A stretch of 64,000 nucleotides of DNA. It comes from Squalus acanthias. Its lineage: Eukaryota. Below, in pieces: positions 1 through 13,297 of this stretch. The notes beneath the pieces are model-generated. The model was not told the DNA's origin and did no database searches. It was given only the letters and a program-made list of their open reading frames with translations. The translations under genes and the position numbers were made by a program. Positions within the stretch are counted from its first letter, which is position 1. Every line of letters begins with the position of its first letter. The stretch is from assembly GCA_030390025.1 (NCBI GenBank), contig CM059432.1:40674001-40738000 (forward strand), written 5' to 3'.

Positions 1-284
1 ATTTACTAATTTTAGATACCATGAAGAATTCTTCCTCCCGCTTTGCCAAAAAGTGCAATGTCTGTCAATGTATAGCTGTACCACAGAAGGAAAAACACAA
101 ATGTTACTTATACATTGTATGTCTACAATATAGGTTCTACCTATATATCCTTGAAATGTAAAAAAAAATTAGAATACAATGTTACATTTCACCCATTTTT
201 CTGCATCACAAATTGCTTACTATCCCAGTACAGTCTGTATACGGGCTGCATGAGGAGAGGGATGAGCTAGTACAAGATGATGAA

Positions 285-595
285 GGAAGTGCAGTGGTTA
301 CATTACTGGACGAGTAATCCAGAGGCCTAGAATAATAATCCAGCAAATGTTAGTTCAAATTCCATCACGGCAGTTGGAAAATTTGAATTCAGTTCTTTAA
401 AAATCTGGAAATAAAAGAGCTGGTATCAGCAAAAGTGACCATGAAGCTGTTGGAGTCTCGTAAAAACCCAACAGCATTGTGGGACCATCTTCACCATTCG
501 GAATACAGTGATTCAAGAAGGCCCACCACCACTTTGTCAAGATAACTAGGGATGGGCATTAAATGTGGCAGCGATGCCCACGTCCCATGAACAAA
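285..595 (+). mobile_element. Degraded tRNA-derived SINE (same family as 600-1290)
   Basis: agtggttacattactgga..gttcaaat head; tail ctagggatgggcattaaatg...cccacgtcccatgaac. Confidence 0.75.
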
Positions 596-599
596 TTAA

Positions 600-1295
600 G
601 GGAACGGTAGCATAGTGGTAATGTTACTGGACTAGTAATCCAGAGGCCTGGACTAATAATCCAGAGACAAGAGTTCAAATCCCACCACGGCAGCTGGGGA
701 ATTTAAATTCAGTTAATTAAATAAATTTGGAATAAAAGGCTAGTACCAGTAATAGTGACCATGAAACTACCGGATTGTCATTAAAAACCCATCTGGTTCA
801 CTAATGGCAACACGGTGGCATAGTGGTTAGCACTGTTGCCTCACAGCGCCAGGGACCCGGGTTCGAATCCGGCCTCGGGTGACTGTCTGTGTGGAGTTTG
901 CACATTCTCCCAGTGTCTGCGTGGGTTTCCTCCAGGTGCTCCGGTTTCCTCCCACAGTCCAAAGATGTGCGGGTTAGGTTGATTTGGCTATGATAAATTG
1001 ACCCTTAGTGTTAGGGGGATTAAATACGTGGGGTTACGGGGAATGGGTGGGATATGTGTCGGTGCAGGCTCGATGGGCCAAAATGGCCTCTATCTGCACT
1101 GTGGGGATTCTGTGATTCTGTGACTAATGTCCTTTAGGGCAGGAAATCTGGCGTCCTTACCCGGTCTGCCCTACAGCAATGTGGTTGACTCTTAACTGCC
1201 CCCTGAAATGGCTTAGTAAGCCATTCAAGGGCAAATAGGGATGGGCAATAAATGCTGGTCTTGCCAGCGACGCCCACATCCCGTGAACGAATAAA
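600..1295 (+). mobile_element. tRNA-derived SINE with LINE-derived tail, interrupted by an HE1-like SINE
   Basis: A box TAGCATAGTGG, B box GTTCAAATC; body resumes at 1124; colinear with the uninterrupted copy at 21166-21585. Confidence 0.85.
807..1122 (+). mobile_element. HE1-like (V-SINE type) SINE with CR1-type tail
   Basis: A box TGGCATAGTGG, B box GTTCGAATC, V-domain-like GTGGAGTTTGCACATTCTCCC...GGGTTTCCTCC...CCACAGTCCAAAGA, tail (ATTCTGTG)n; TSD ACTAATG at 800-806 and 1123-1129. Confidence 0.88.
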
Positions 1296-2485
1296 ATAAA
1301 AATCCGGAGAATGAATTAAAAAGTATAATGATATCTGCAAGAGTATTCTCACACCTACATTAGAAAAGCTTGAAGTTTTTTTTAAATGTACTATTTAGCC
1401 CTTTATTAAATCCATCAGTCAAAGAATAGGTATAAACACAGAACAATTTACATTATGTGTTGTATTGAAGCTTGCAACTACCAATGCTGGTAGTCAGCAG
1501 GCTGTTATTATATTGCTGATAAATATAAAAGAATGTAAGCATTTGTACAGCAATGATTTCATCTTATTTCAAATTGATTAATACTATTGTCTTCACTGCA
1601 AGTTATTGTCTAAAGCTAAAACAGATGTCTCATGGTGTAATTTCTGTCCTTTAGCAGCCTTTCAAATACTAAGCTATCTTAATGCATCATAAATGCTCTA
1701 TTTTTACAAAAGTTTACAATTGTAGATTGAATTGAATTTTGTTAGATTTAAAGATCAATACATTGCTATAATGAGCCATTCAGAGCTGGTGATGTCGGTA
1801 ACAGTGAATTTTAAACATCATTATGCCCTTTCTCGACTGCTTTGCTGTGTTGCAGCAGTGCTCGAATGCTCTGATTCACCTTTGAAGGTGGAAGCACCCC
1901 AGCGGCACCCATTGAAAATGATACACTAATTCAGTATGTAGTCCTCGCAAATGCACAGCTCTCGGAATTGTTGAGCTTTGTCACAGTTTATACGCGTCAC
2001 CGGATGAGGGCATGGTTTCATCCTGCGATTAGCCAGTGAAACAAAACATCATTACTGGATCTTGAATTCTCCATGAAAGAAATACGTCAGGCTAAGGTCA
2101 TATGGCTGCCTTAAGCATTCCTTGTTAGAATTTCCTATATGCAAAATATTTCCAAAAATAGATCTAGGATGCTATACCTGGAAAATATCTGAAATGTTAA
2201 ACTTCCATTTCTCAGCGCCAACATCTCTCACATTAATGAGTATAACATTCAAACAAATAAATTATGAGGCATCCAGTTGAATGCTTCCAGTATCACTCAC
2301 TCTTTCCCATCCATTGCTTATTTTCTTTAATAAATTAATCCTTCAGTCTCATGATAAATGTTCTAAAGTGGTTTTATGCATATAAATCATAATCCAATTA
2401 TTTATTGTGGAGTATTTCTTTAGCATCTAAGCTAAATCCTTTGGCAGCAATACACCAAGTCGATAACCTCTACTTCCTTCCTTAC

Positions 2486-2644
2486 CGAAACTTCCTGGAA
2501 ACTACTTCCAAGGTTGAGAAAAGGCAGATAAGCAACACAGACATACAGAATGGGAGAAGACAGGTCTGGGTCAGTCGGATAAAGAATTCTTGCGATGGGG
2601 TCTGGAAGGTTTCCTGACAGAGCAGCAAGTTTGTGTTGAAGTCT
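2486..2644 (-). CDS. DPY19L4: DPY19L4 exon: (R)[52 protein letters not shown](R)
   Basis: ccacttag|A...CG|gtaag; 159 nt; contained in track ORF 2482..2724. Confidence 0.95.
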
Positions 2645-3069
2645 CTAAGTGGAAAAAAGGGAAAATAGAGATTACTGGAGCAGTAAGGAACACAGCAAAA
2701 GGAATAGGCCATTCTGCCCATCAAGCCTGCTCATTTTAATGATCTAAAATTCTTAATTTCAGAAAGACTTTTCTAAAGTACTGCACTGTTCATGTGTTCC
2801 AATAAAAACAGAACTTAAGTGTTAAGAAAACAAAAATATTTGCTAAAGAATTACAAACTAATTTTCATACTGGGAAAAAAAGATTTGTGTGTAAAGCCAG
2901 ATGTGTGTCCAAATACTCATTACAATATAATTAATATATTCACAGCACGGCATACATTTGTATGTTAAGTTACACAAGAGGCCAAAATTCTGCTGTATGG
3001 TTAAAGGGGGCAGAAGGTATTAGTGAGTATTGTATATAGGAATACACATATACCCACACTTACTCCAAT

Positions 3070-3330
3070 ACCTCATCCACCACCTTAAACATTCACTCCC
3101 TCCACCGTGGCTGCAGTGTGTACCATCTACAAGATGCACTGCAGCAACTCACCAAGGATTCTTCGACAGCACCTCCCAAACCCGCAATCTCTACCACCTC
3201 GAAGGACAAGAGCAGCAGGCACATGGGAACACCATCACCTCAAAGTTCCCCTCCAAGTTACACACCATCCTGACTTGGAAGTATATCGCTGTTCCTTCAT
3301 TGTCACTGGGTCAAAATCCTGGAGCTCCCT
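3070..3330 (+). mobile_element. 3' fragment of the LINE family seen at 42083-44557
   Basis: AAVCTIYKMHCSNSPR..RQHLPNP..PPRRTRAAG is shared with track ORF 44187..44516. Confidence 0.85.
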
Positions 3331-3834
3331 CCGTAATTTTGGGAAACAGTTTCTGTTCTGTTATTGTGCTATTAATGATATCAAATATGCCCAATCCCTG
3401 TATGATGTGCATCACAGAAATTTACAACACAGAAGATCCGATTAGACACCCAATGACATTTTAAAAATAAATTAAAAAGCACCATTGTTGCACAAATATC
3501 AATATTTGTATTATTAACCTTGTCCACAACTTTTGGTCTTCCTGAAATATATTACATTGTTAGTTGTTTCCCTCCAAAAGCAACCCATTACACCTTTGTT
3601 AAGCACCTTGAGACATTTTTCTATGTTAATGGTGCTATATAGATACAAGTTGTTGTTATACTGTACTGCAACTTCTGGGTACTGCCAATGTTCTTTAATG
3701 TCCTCACCAAGTATATTTGGATCTTTGTTCTTGAATAGTATGTGGAGCACCATGTGGTACAGCACTAAGTGATGGGGCACAGATTTGATCTCCCTATTCT
3801 GCTGAGTTACCAATTCCAGCTATGCTGGTGTAAT

Positions 3835-4811
3835 AAGAACATAAGAAATAGGAGCAGGAGTAGGCCATTCGGCCCCTCGAGCCTGCTTCGCCATTCAATA
3901 AAATCATGGCTGATCTGATCTTGGCCTCAACTCCACTTTCCTGCCCACTCCCCATAACCCTGGATTCCCCTGTTTTTCAAAAATCTGTCTATCTCCGCCT
4001 TGAATATATTCAATGACCCAGCCTCCACAGCTCTCTGGAGTAGAGAATTCCAAAGATTCACGACCCTCAGAGAAGAAATTCCTCCTCATCTCCGTTTTAA
4101 ATGGGCGACCCCTTATTCTGAATCTATGCCCCCTAGTTCTCGATTCCCCCACGAGGGGAAACATCCTCCCTGCATCTACCCTGTCGAGCCCCCTCAGAAT
4201 CTTGTGTGTTTCAATAAGATCACCTCTCATTCTTCTAAACTCCAATGAGTATAGGCCCAACCTGCTCAACCTTTCCTCATAAGACAACCCCTTCAACTCA
4301 GGAATCAACCTAGTGAACCTTCTCTGAACTGCCTCCAATGCAAGTATATCCTTCCTTAAATAAGGAAACAAAAACTGTACGCAGTACTCCAGGTGTGGTC
4401 TCACCAACGCCCTGTACAGTTGTAGCAAGACTTCCCTACTTTTATACTCCATCCCCCTTGCAATAAAGGCCAATATTCCATTTGCCTTCCTAATTACTTG
4501 CTGTACCTGCATGCTAACTTTTTGTGTTTCATGCACGAGGACACCCAGATCCCTCTATACCGCAGCATTCTGTAGTCTCTCTCCATTTAAATAATATTTT
4601 GCTTTTTTATTCTTCCTACCAAAGTGGATAACCTCACATTTTCCCACATTATACTCCATCTGCTAAATTTTTGCCCACTCACTTAACCTATCTGTATATT
4701 CCTTTGCAGACTATTTGTGTACTCCTCACAACTTGCTTTCCCACCTATCATTGTATCATCAGCAAATTTGGCTACATTACACTCAGTCCCTTCATCCAAA
4801 TCATTAATATA
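3835..4811 (-). mobile_element. CR1 LINE, 5'-truncated
   Basis: INDLDEG..KFADDT and [18 protein letters not shown] motifs; (TTATGTTC)n tail. Confidence 0.93.
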
Positions 4812-5669
4812 AGCCAGGAATGATGGTAAGGGGAGGACAGGTAGGTCATTTACCCTACCAGTAATGATGGGGCTGGATTGGCAGCACAACTGGAGCAGGA
4901 TTCAAAGAAACACGTGTGCTGTTGTCTGGGAGCTCCTAGGGAACTGCTATAGCCATGTGAGCGACACATGCGATGTTGATTTAAGAAAGTTAGTCTACGT
5001 TATCAATTTTATGTTGCTTCCTATGCTCCAGTCACAAGGTACAAAATAGAGGCAAAGTTCTTCCCCCACTTGAGTGCAACGTGTAATACGCACTATACAC
5101 ATGGAGGCCAGTCCCCAGTTGCTTCGTACACTTCGCTAAGCTGCTGGCAGAGGCTTAGGCACAGATAAGTTGTGCCCTATTCGCTTCAGTTGGCATATGA
5201 TCCATGGAAACTTGAGAAAATATAAATAATTCATAGAAAATCAAACTGATTGCTATATCAGATATTTAACTTTTACTATATCTGTGCTCAAATTACTTGT
5301 AACCCATCCATCCAAGTTACTTCAGTTGTATTGAACCACAGATACAAAAAACTAAAAAGAATAACCAATGTAAAAATAACTGCCAAGCATTTCTCAGCAA
5401 CGACGGCATACAAAACCTGACTTTTAAATAAATATTGCTAGGTACTGTACATTTTATCCTCTGTACACATAACAACACACACAACACAAAGAGAAATTAT
5501 GTAAATGTGTTCAATTTTTATCTCATCCACTGGCTTACAACCTCCAACAAACTCAAAAGATAAAACTCAAAGAAAGAGCACTTGTGAAAAGTATAATATC
5601 AGACTGAGTGGGAGAGGGAAAAGGTGTTGAATGGAATCAGGGTCAGATCCTTATTGTTCCTTACCTACA

Positions 5670-6029
5670 TAAATGATCTGGATACTGAAAATGCTGAGAG
5701 GTTGTTTCCCCTGGCTGGAGAGTCTAGAGCGAAGGGGGCATAGTCTCAGGATAAGGGGTCGGCCATTTAAGACTGAGATGAGGAAGAAATTCTTCACTCA
5801 GAGGGTTGTGAATCTTTGGAATTTCTCTGCCCCAAAGTGCTGTGGGTGCTCAGTCGTTGAGTATATTCAAGGTTGAGATAGATAGATTTTTGGACTCCAG
5901 AGGAATTAAGGGATATGGGATAGGGCAGGAAAGTGGAGTTGAGGTCAAAGATCAGCCATGATCTTATTGAATGGCAGAGCAGGCTGGAGGGGCTGTATGG
6001 CCTACTCCTGCTCCTAATTCTTATGTTCT
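5670..6029 (+). mobile_element. CR1 LINE 3' fragment
   Basis: RGHSLRIRGRPFKTEMRKKFFTQRVVNLWN plus 3' hairpin and TTATGTTC tail. Confidence 0.9.
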
Positions 6030-6039
6030 TAAAACAACT

Positions 6040-7500
6040 GTAAGTTGGTCAAATTTACTGATGCCACAAAATAGGGAGAAGTAAAGACAGTGAAAGAAGC
6101 AAAAGATTTGCAAAAAGACTTGATTGGGCAGAACGCTAAATGCAAAATATTACACATAGGTTGACAAAATGTGGGACACAAGTATGCAATGAATGGAAGT
6201 GAATTAGCACAGGGAGACCAAGATAACAAATCTATTTCAAAGTCTAATGGCGCAAAGCAATTAAAAAATGACACTAAAATGCTAGGACATATAGCCAGAA
6301 CAGTGGACTACAAGTCCATAAACGTTATGCTAATGCTTTACAATGCACCAGTCAGACCCCACTGAGAGCATTGTGCTCAGTATGGGTCTCTAGCCCACAG
6401 AAATACATGCTTACATGAGAAAAGGACACCAAATAGGGCAATAGGGCTATCTAGTGTAGAAGAAATGAGGTATGAGGAAGGATCCGGCTAGATTAAGCTT
6501 TACAGTCTGAAAAGATGGTGGTTATAGGGTGAAACTTCATTGAAGCATATAAAATATTAAATGGATTGATAAAGTTTAGCCCGATTATTACTTCAAAGTA
6601 AAGCAAGAAAGTAAAAGAGAGAATATAAATGGAAATGAATGCATAGTAAATTTAGAACAGATATATATTGCTGCAGTTATATAAGGTATTGGTGAGACCG
6701 CATCTGGAATACTGCATACAGTTTTGGTGTCCATACTTAAGAAAAGACATACTTGCTCTCGAGGCAGTACAAAGAAGGTTCACTCGGTTAATCCCCGGGA
6801 TGAGGGGGTGGACATACGAGGAGAGGTTGAGTAGATTGGGACTCTACTCATTGGAGTTCAGAAGAATGAGAGGCGATCTTATTGAAACATATAAGATTGT
6901 GAAGGGGCTTGATCGGGTGGATGCGGTAAGGATGTTCCCAAGGATGGGTGAAACTAGAACTAGGGGGCATAATCTTAGAATAAGGGGCTGCTCTTTCAAA
7001 ACTGAGATGAGGAGAAACTTCTTCACTCAGAGGGTAGTAGGTCTGTGGAATTTGCTGCCCCAGGAAGCTGTGGAAGCTACATCATTAAATAAATTTAAAC
7101 AGAAATAGACAGTTTCCTAGAAGTAAAGGGAATTAGGGGTTACGGGGAGTGGGCAGGAAATTGGACATGAGGCTGAGTTCGGATCGGTCGAGGCCCTGTG
7201 GGTGGCGTAGCGGGCCCAGGTGCTGAGTGGCCGGGTCCTGCTCCTACTTCTTGTGTTCTTTAGATTTGAGGTGAGGATCAGATCAGCCATGATCTTATTG
7301 AATGGCGGAGCAGGCTCGAAGGGCCGATTGGCCTATTCCTGCTCCTATTTCTTATGTTCTTATGTTCTTATATCAGGAAAACTTCTTTACTCACAGTGAT
7401 AAATACTTGGAATAATTTATTAAGCTAGGTAATCGAGATAAAATATTACACATATCTGAAACAGAATTAGATGACATGGTGAGAAAGTTCATGTACCAGA
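6040..7500 (+). mobile_element. Old degraded CR1 fragment interrupted by a young CR1 (6666-7370)
   Basis: KFTDATK.., LYNAPVRPH; sequence tttagaacagatat|caggaaaacttcttt is split by the insertion. Confidence 0.7.
6666..7370 (+). mobile_element. Young CR1 3' fragment, subfamily with extended 3' UTR
   Basis: ORF 6668..7108; highly similar to 60197-60850. Confidence 0.93.
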
Positions 7501-7715
7501 GGGACAAACATTGGTAATTCCAGACTTTGGTTCACGTTCAAAGCTTGTGTTTTTTTTTTAAACACATGCTTTTAACTCTGCTGCCTTGATCCCACCATCC
7601 ACTTTAGAGACGAGTTACTAATTGATTTTTAAATGGTGTTTAACTGACTGAAAAACCATCCCCAAAGGCTGATGTTGCAGCCAATTGAGGCTCAAACATT
7701 GTAAGAATCATAAAA

Positions 7716-7822
7716 AAAGACTTGCATTTATATAGCGCCTTTCACGACCACCGGACGTCTCAAAGCGCTTTACAGCCAATTAAGTACTTTTGAAGTGGAG
7801 TCACTGTTGTAATGTGGGAAAC
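7716..7822 (-). mobile_element. 3' end of SacSINE1/Deu-SINE-like element (L2-type tail)
   Basis: Reverse complement reads ttacaacagtgactccacttcaaaagtac...aaaggcgctatataaatgcaagtc. Confidence 0.75.
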
Positions 7823-8842
7823 TAAGTAAAAATCTTATGTTTATTTACGAGTTGATGACCCGTGGTGTTGCACATGGGGAGTCAAGACCAAGGGCACTTT
7901 TGAGATCAAGGAGGATCAGAGGGGGCAGGATCAGAGGGGGAAGAGATAATTGAGCCAAGCTGAGGAGGTAGGAGAAAGGATAGAGGAGGAGGAGACGGGT
8001 GAGGAAAGAGAGGAGAGGCAGGTGGAGGGAGAGACAGGCAGGGTGGGAGGGAGAGGACACGGAGAAGGAGGAGGGGAGGGAGAGAGGTGTGCAAGGTGAG
8101 AGGGGGACAGACGTGCATCAACATTTGCCTAAGTGGTGCAGAAGGGATGGTGTTTTTTTTTCCCCTATTCAGGGTGGTGGGGTTGGGAAGATTCTTGTGG
8201 CTAATTTTGCGTTAACCTAGGGGAGGGAGTTGTACTGTGAAACGCTGACTCAGTTTGGGGTGGGGGGCTCATTAAGAACCAGCAGAGGGGGTAGCATAAG
8301 AATGTTACCTCAGGCATGGCAGTTGGGGTGTTTGCTGATGCGCATTTTTTTGTTCAGTGGTGGGTTCCAAAATTTTACCTCATCTGGTGGTGGGGGTGGG
8401 GGGGGGGCGGGGGAAGGACAAAGTTGAGAATTTTCCCCACAGTGGAGGTGTCAGGGAGGAGGGAAGAGTCTGGTTACCGACTGTCCAGAAGCATGGAGGG
8501 GTGGGCCCCTGACTGTGACTGTTGTTTTAGCAGGGACGAGCTTGGGGGGCAGGGGGTGGTCGAGGGGCGCATCGGAGGTTTTCTTTCCATTCAAAGCATA
8601 AGAAAGCACGACTGGTATTTCAATATGCGGTAGCATTTCAGCTTCTTCTGTGGGGCTGATAGATCTTTAGCTTACTGGTTGGGGGCTGTGCATTGATGCC
8701 AATGCTTGCATTTAATGTGCCGTTTTTTGGCAGGTTATGTTAAGCCGTAACTGGCTACATGACCCATTTGAGCTGGTTCGCTAACTGACCTATCCTTTGA
8801 TTCTTTAAATTGCATTTTTTTTTTTGCAAGAACACGTTCTTT

Positions 8843-9986
8843 AAGAACATAAGAATTAGAAGCAGGAGTAGGCCATATGGGCTCTCGAGCATGTTCCGCC
8901 ATTCAATAAGATCATGGCTGATCTTCGACCTTAACTCCACTTTCCTGCCCGAGCTCCATATCCCTGGATTCCCCTAGAGTCCAAAAATCTATCTATTTCA
9001 GCCTTGAATATACTCAATAATTCAGCATCCTTTGGAGTAGAGAATTCCAAAGATTCACAACCTTCAGTGAAGAAATTCCTCCTCATCTCAGTCTTAAATA
9101 GCCGACCCCTTATCCTGAGACTGTGCCCCCTAGTTCTAGACTCTCCAGCCAGGGGAAACAACCTCTCAGCATCTACCCTGTCAATCCCCCTCAGAATCTT
9201 ATATGTTTCAATGGGATCAGCTCTCATTCTTCTAAACTCTAGAGAGTATAGGCTCAATCTCTCCTCATAGGACAATCCTCTCATTTCAGGAATTAATCTA
9301 GTGAACCTTCGTTGCACCGCCTCTAAGGCATGTATATCCTTCCTCAGATAAGAAGACCAAAACTGTGCACAGTACTCCAGGTGTGGTCTCACCAAGGCCC
9401 TGTACAATTGTAGCAAGACTTCCTTACTCTTTTACTCCAACCCCCTTGTAATAAAGGCCAACGTGCCACTTGCCTTCCTAATTGCTTGCTGTACCTGCAT
9501 GCTATCTCTCTGTGTTTCCTGTACTAGGACACCTAAATCTCTCTGAACACCAACATTTAATAGTTTCTCACCATTTGTTTTTCTATTCTTCCTACCAAAG
9601 TGAATAACCTCATATTTCCCCACATTATACTCCATCTGCCACCTTATTGCCCACTCACTTAACCTGTCCATATCCCTTTGCAGGCTTGTGTCCTCCTCAC
9701 AGCTTACTTTCCCACCCAGCTTTGTATCGCCAGCAAACTTGGATACATTACACTAGGTCCCTTCATCTCTAAGTCATTAATATAGATTGTAAATAGTTGA
9801 GGCCCAAGCACTGATCCTTGCGGCACCCCACTAGTCACAGCCTACCAACCTGAAAATGACCCATTTATCCCTACTCTGTTTTCTATCCGTTAACCAATCC
9901 TCTATCCATGCTAATATATTACTGTACCCCCAACCTCATGAGCCTTTATCTTGCGTAGCTAGCAACCTTTTATGTGGCACCTTATC
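8843..9986 (-). mobile_element. CR1 LINE, 5'-truncated
   Basis: ORFs 8931..9416 and 9432..9671; GVPQGSVLGP and KFAGDTK motifs; CR1 tail. Confidence 0.92.
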
Positions 9987-10681
9987 AGGGTTTCTGAAGA
10001 TGGGTTACTTATTCTAGCTTTAGTTAGCCCTGTCACAGAACCTAATGTCATGTAACATTATACCCAAAGCACTACCTATCTTTGGAATGGTCAACCACAC
10101 ACCGTTTATAATATATAAAAGATTCTTCCCTTGCCTATTTTTGACTCACACTTCATGAAGATGTTGACTTGCTGTTTTGGGACTGGCCAGATGATCCACA
10201 AAAGGCCTTTTTCTTTTTGGTTTTATTTTAATAGGTGCTAGTTCTCATTCTTGCACAAGTGACTCTTTACCATCGTTAACTTTGACAATGAATGTTGACC
10301 GGCTATTCAACTGTGGGGGCATCATGGCCAAGCAGAAGTGAGTCTTTGCACAACATTCACACCCACACTTTCACAGCAGGGTTGCTGGACAGCAGTTAGG
10401 AGAGGGAGCCTGAGCCAATTTAACCCTCCTGACCAGATCAGTGAAGCCAGCTGTAGCGTCTCTACGAGCACACTGACTGAGATCAACTAATTCAGATCAA
10501 GTATTCTCTGATTTACTTTGAAGTGCAAAAAATGACTCATCACAACCCAAAGAGATAAATTAGCATCAGTACTCAAACGGTTAAAGCTCTGTTCAAAACT
10601 TACTGAATTATATTACTATTCTGCAGCACCAAAATATTGTTCCAAAACAAAATCTTAATAAAGTAAAAAGCACAACTTTAC

Positions 10682-10755
10682 CTTGTCGTATTCAAGTCAA
10701 ATTTTGCTTCAAAAAACTTTAATATGTGTTCATTTCCTTCCTGGGGGACCATTTT
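10682..10755 (-). CDS. DPY19L4: DPY19L4 exon: KMVPQEGNEHILKFFEAKFDLNTT(R)
   Basis: ttcccag|AAA...AG|gtaaag; 74 nt; similar to recalled human [25 protein letters not shown]. Confidence 0.92.
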
Positions 10756-11604
10756 CTGGGAATATTTAAATAAACAGAAATTGTGAATTCCAAGGCTGCA
10801 GTCACAGTCAGTCAGTCGTAACAACAAACAAAACAAACAAACAGGCCAAGATTACAAGACAGACACACTATCTACTTTGTATTTGACTGAGAAATTACCC
10901 ATTATTTTACTTCAAGTGGCATTAATTATCTTTGAATTAATTTTCTAGCATTAATATGCCCTTGTAAACTAGGAGGTTCCCACCCATCTGCTATGAGCAG
11001 GATTGCAGGGTAAAAGGATAAGTGTAGGATCAAATACTTGATGTACAATGGTTACTCCAGTTCTGTGGAACCATGGAGACATCAACTGCAAAATGCAACC
11101 GGTCAGGTTGAATATTATAGATCACAATATTAGATTAATGTGCTGCAGTTTTAACTCAATTGTCTATGGGGAAATCGAGGAAGTATGTCAGTTACATAGT
11201 TATTTGTCTTTTAGAGAGATCCCACGAAGTGGGAATAGTACATAATCCAATGGAAGAAGAGGCTCAAATGGTAACTTCTTGCTCCATAATTCTGAAATAG
11301 GTTTGTATCTTTTTGTTTCATTATTTCAGTAATTCGTGCCAGAAATTACACTGGAAAACTTTCACATTCATTAAGTACATGCCATAGACATTTTTCTGGT
11401 GAATGAGATAATCTCATAATATATAATAATCTACCTTTCATGTTTTTGTTTCTGGCATCAATACATATGGGGAACAATACATTATTTTAAAATCAAAGTA
11501 TCACAGTATTGCAAAATACAAACTGAAAAAGTAAATATTATGTGATAAAAATAGTTCAAGTAGAACTTTGCCTATTAATCACCGTACAGCAAAATACTGA
11601 GCGA

Positions 11605-11930
11605 TACAGACCAGAAATCCCAGGCTCAATCTCTCGTTTGTGCTCAGTTAGCTGACCTTGGCTGGATAGCATTTGGGTTGTTATAACTGGCTTCAGTGCT
11701 CCTGGGCTATGGAAACTAAAATCAGACAGGGTTTCTATTCATGATCACGGTCCAGTGACCTCCTACTGGAAAGTACGTGCATATAAACATCGGATTAGGA
11801 CGGGATTGGACTCGGCCGTGATGCCCTCGATAGTGGAAATAGCCTGCAAGCGCTTACTGTCCAGGCCCACCCATGTATAATGGACACAGTATCCAAGCAG
11901 TCATGAAACCATACCCCAGCAAGAATCAGA
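11605..11930 (+). repeat. Old dispersed SINE-like repeat, unclassified; related copies near 10200-10500 (-), 12340-12600, 21770-22030 and 33850-34830 (-)
   Basis: Shared degenerate blocks (ccagtgacc..ctggaa; gctgtgatgccc; tagcctgc..cact..tgtc..cacatga) recognised by eye. Confidence 0.5.
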
Positions 11931-12922
11931 AAAGGTACAAGAAAGCCAAGATCTCAAACAGGGTAGTAGCAGCAGGGTCATTACAATTGGTCTCCGTGTC
12001 ATGAAAGAGAGGGGAGCAAGTCAACCAGTATTATAGCTCAATATCAAGTGATCCTTGCGTGAATCAAAACCGATCTCCTGTTTAACCCATGCAGCTTATA
12101 AAACAAATTCTTTGCACACACTCCTGTTCAGTGATGCAACCAAACTTTACTCAAGCAGAATTTTTAAATAGGACATGAAATCATTTAAAACTGCACTCCG
12201 ACGCTCTCAAACACCATAACCAGAAACATAGTAACATTCCACAGAACAGCAGAACTTTCAAACTCTGAGCTACAGCCATGTGGCTTCAAAACATGAATGA
12301 TGTTGGCTGTTAGAATAAAGAGGAATGGCACAAACGAAATGGAGCGAGATGATGTGAGCCAGGTTAAGATTAAGGATGCTACAATTGGCCTCAGTGCAGT
12401 GGATTAGGGAGGGCAAAAAGAAAAATCAGCCTTATTCCTGACTGCGATCTAGTCACACTTGCTGGATAGATGTGTGAACATTGCATGAGCACAGAATCAG
12501 GCTTAGCTGTGATGCCATCCATGGAGAACTGAATTACAACACCCACTGTTCTAGACTTGTACATAAAGAATGGCTCCTTCGATGAGGATCAATGTCCATT
12601 GCTCATACCTTCAGGAGAGGAGGAGGGAAAATGTGAGTAGGGAAGGGAAATTAAAAAAAAATTTAAATTTAGATATGTGTAATATATATAAAAAAAACAC
12701 AACGCAATGCAATAGTGAAGGATTTTGTTTTTTTAAAAAAAGCTTATTCTGGATATTTGAGACAAGGTTTCTCATAAAGCATTCCCATGCAAATGAGCAG
12801 AAAGATCTTTGTCTGTAAGAGGGATGTGTTATTGAAACGAAGCATAACTGGTCTTCAGCTAATGAAGTGCAAAATAATAATGACAAAAATATACATACCG
12901 AGCTGCTAGATCTCATACTTAC

Positions 12923-13024
12923 CTTTATTACAAGATTCAAAGTGACTGAAACTGTGAAAACCAAGTAAAAATGAAGCAGCAATTTCATCAGCCTTGCTAC
13001 GAAGTGACCTTTTTTTAGATTTTG
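12923..13024 (-). CDS. DPY19L4: DPY19L4 exon: QNLKKGHFVARLMKLLLHFYLVFTVSVTLNLVIK
   Basis: tttaacag|CAA...AAG|gtaagt; 102 nt. Confidence 0.93.
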
Positions 13025-13297
13025 CTGTTAAAGAAAAGGGGAATGAATCAGTATTAAAACATCACTAACACTTGTGTCACACCCCAGAATATTTTAAACT
13101 AACTCCACTTCACAAAGAAAATTTGGCCATTTCAATTATCAGTCCTATTCAAAACAATGCAGCGGGAGCAACAAAGTGGATTTTTGTTTTGGCAATACTT
13201 TGTTTTTATTAAATGGACCAATACGATGTGGGCTCCAACATGCTTACTCAAAAAGGTTAAAACTAAATGATGAAACGTCAAGGCCATCTTCTACTAC

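Noticed and set aside
600..880. tRNA genes
   Set aside because: A/B boxes belong to SINE heads followed by SINE bodies and tails; no complete cloverleaf seen.
1..2485. Next DPY19L4 exon (recalled human GERPE..YH segment)
   Set aside because: No matching minus-strand sequence recognised; it probably lies outside the window.
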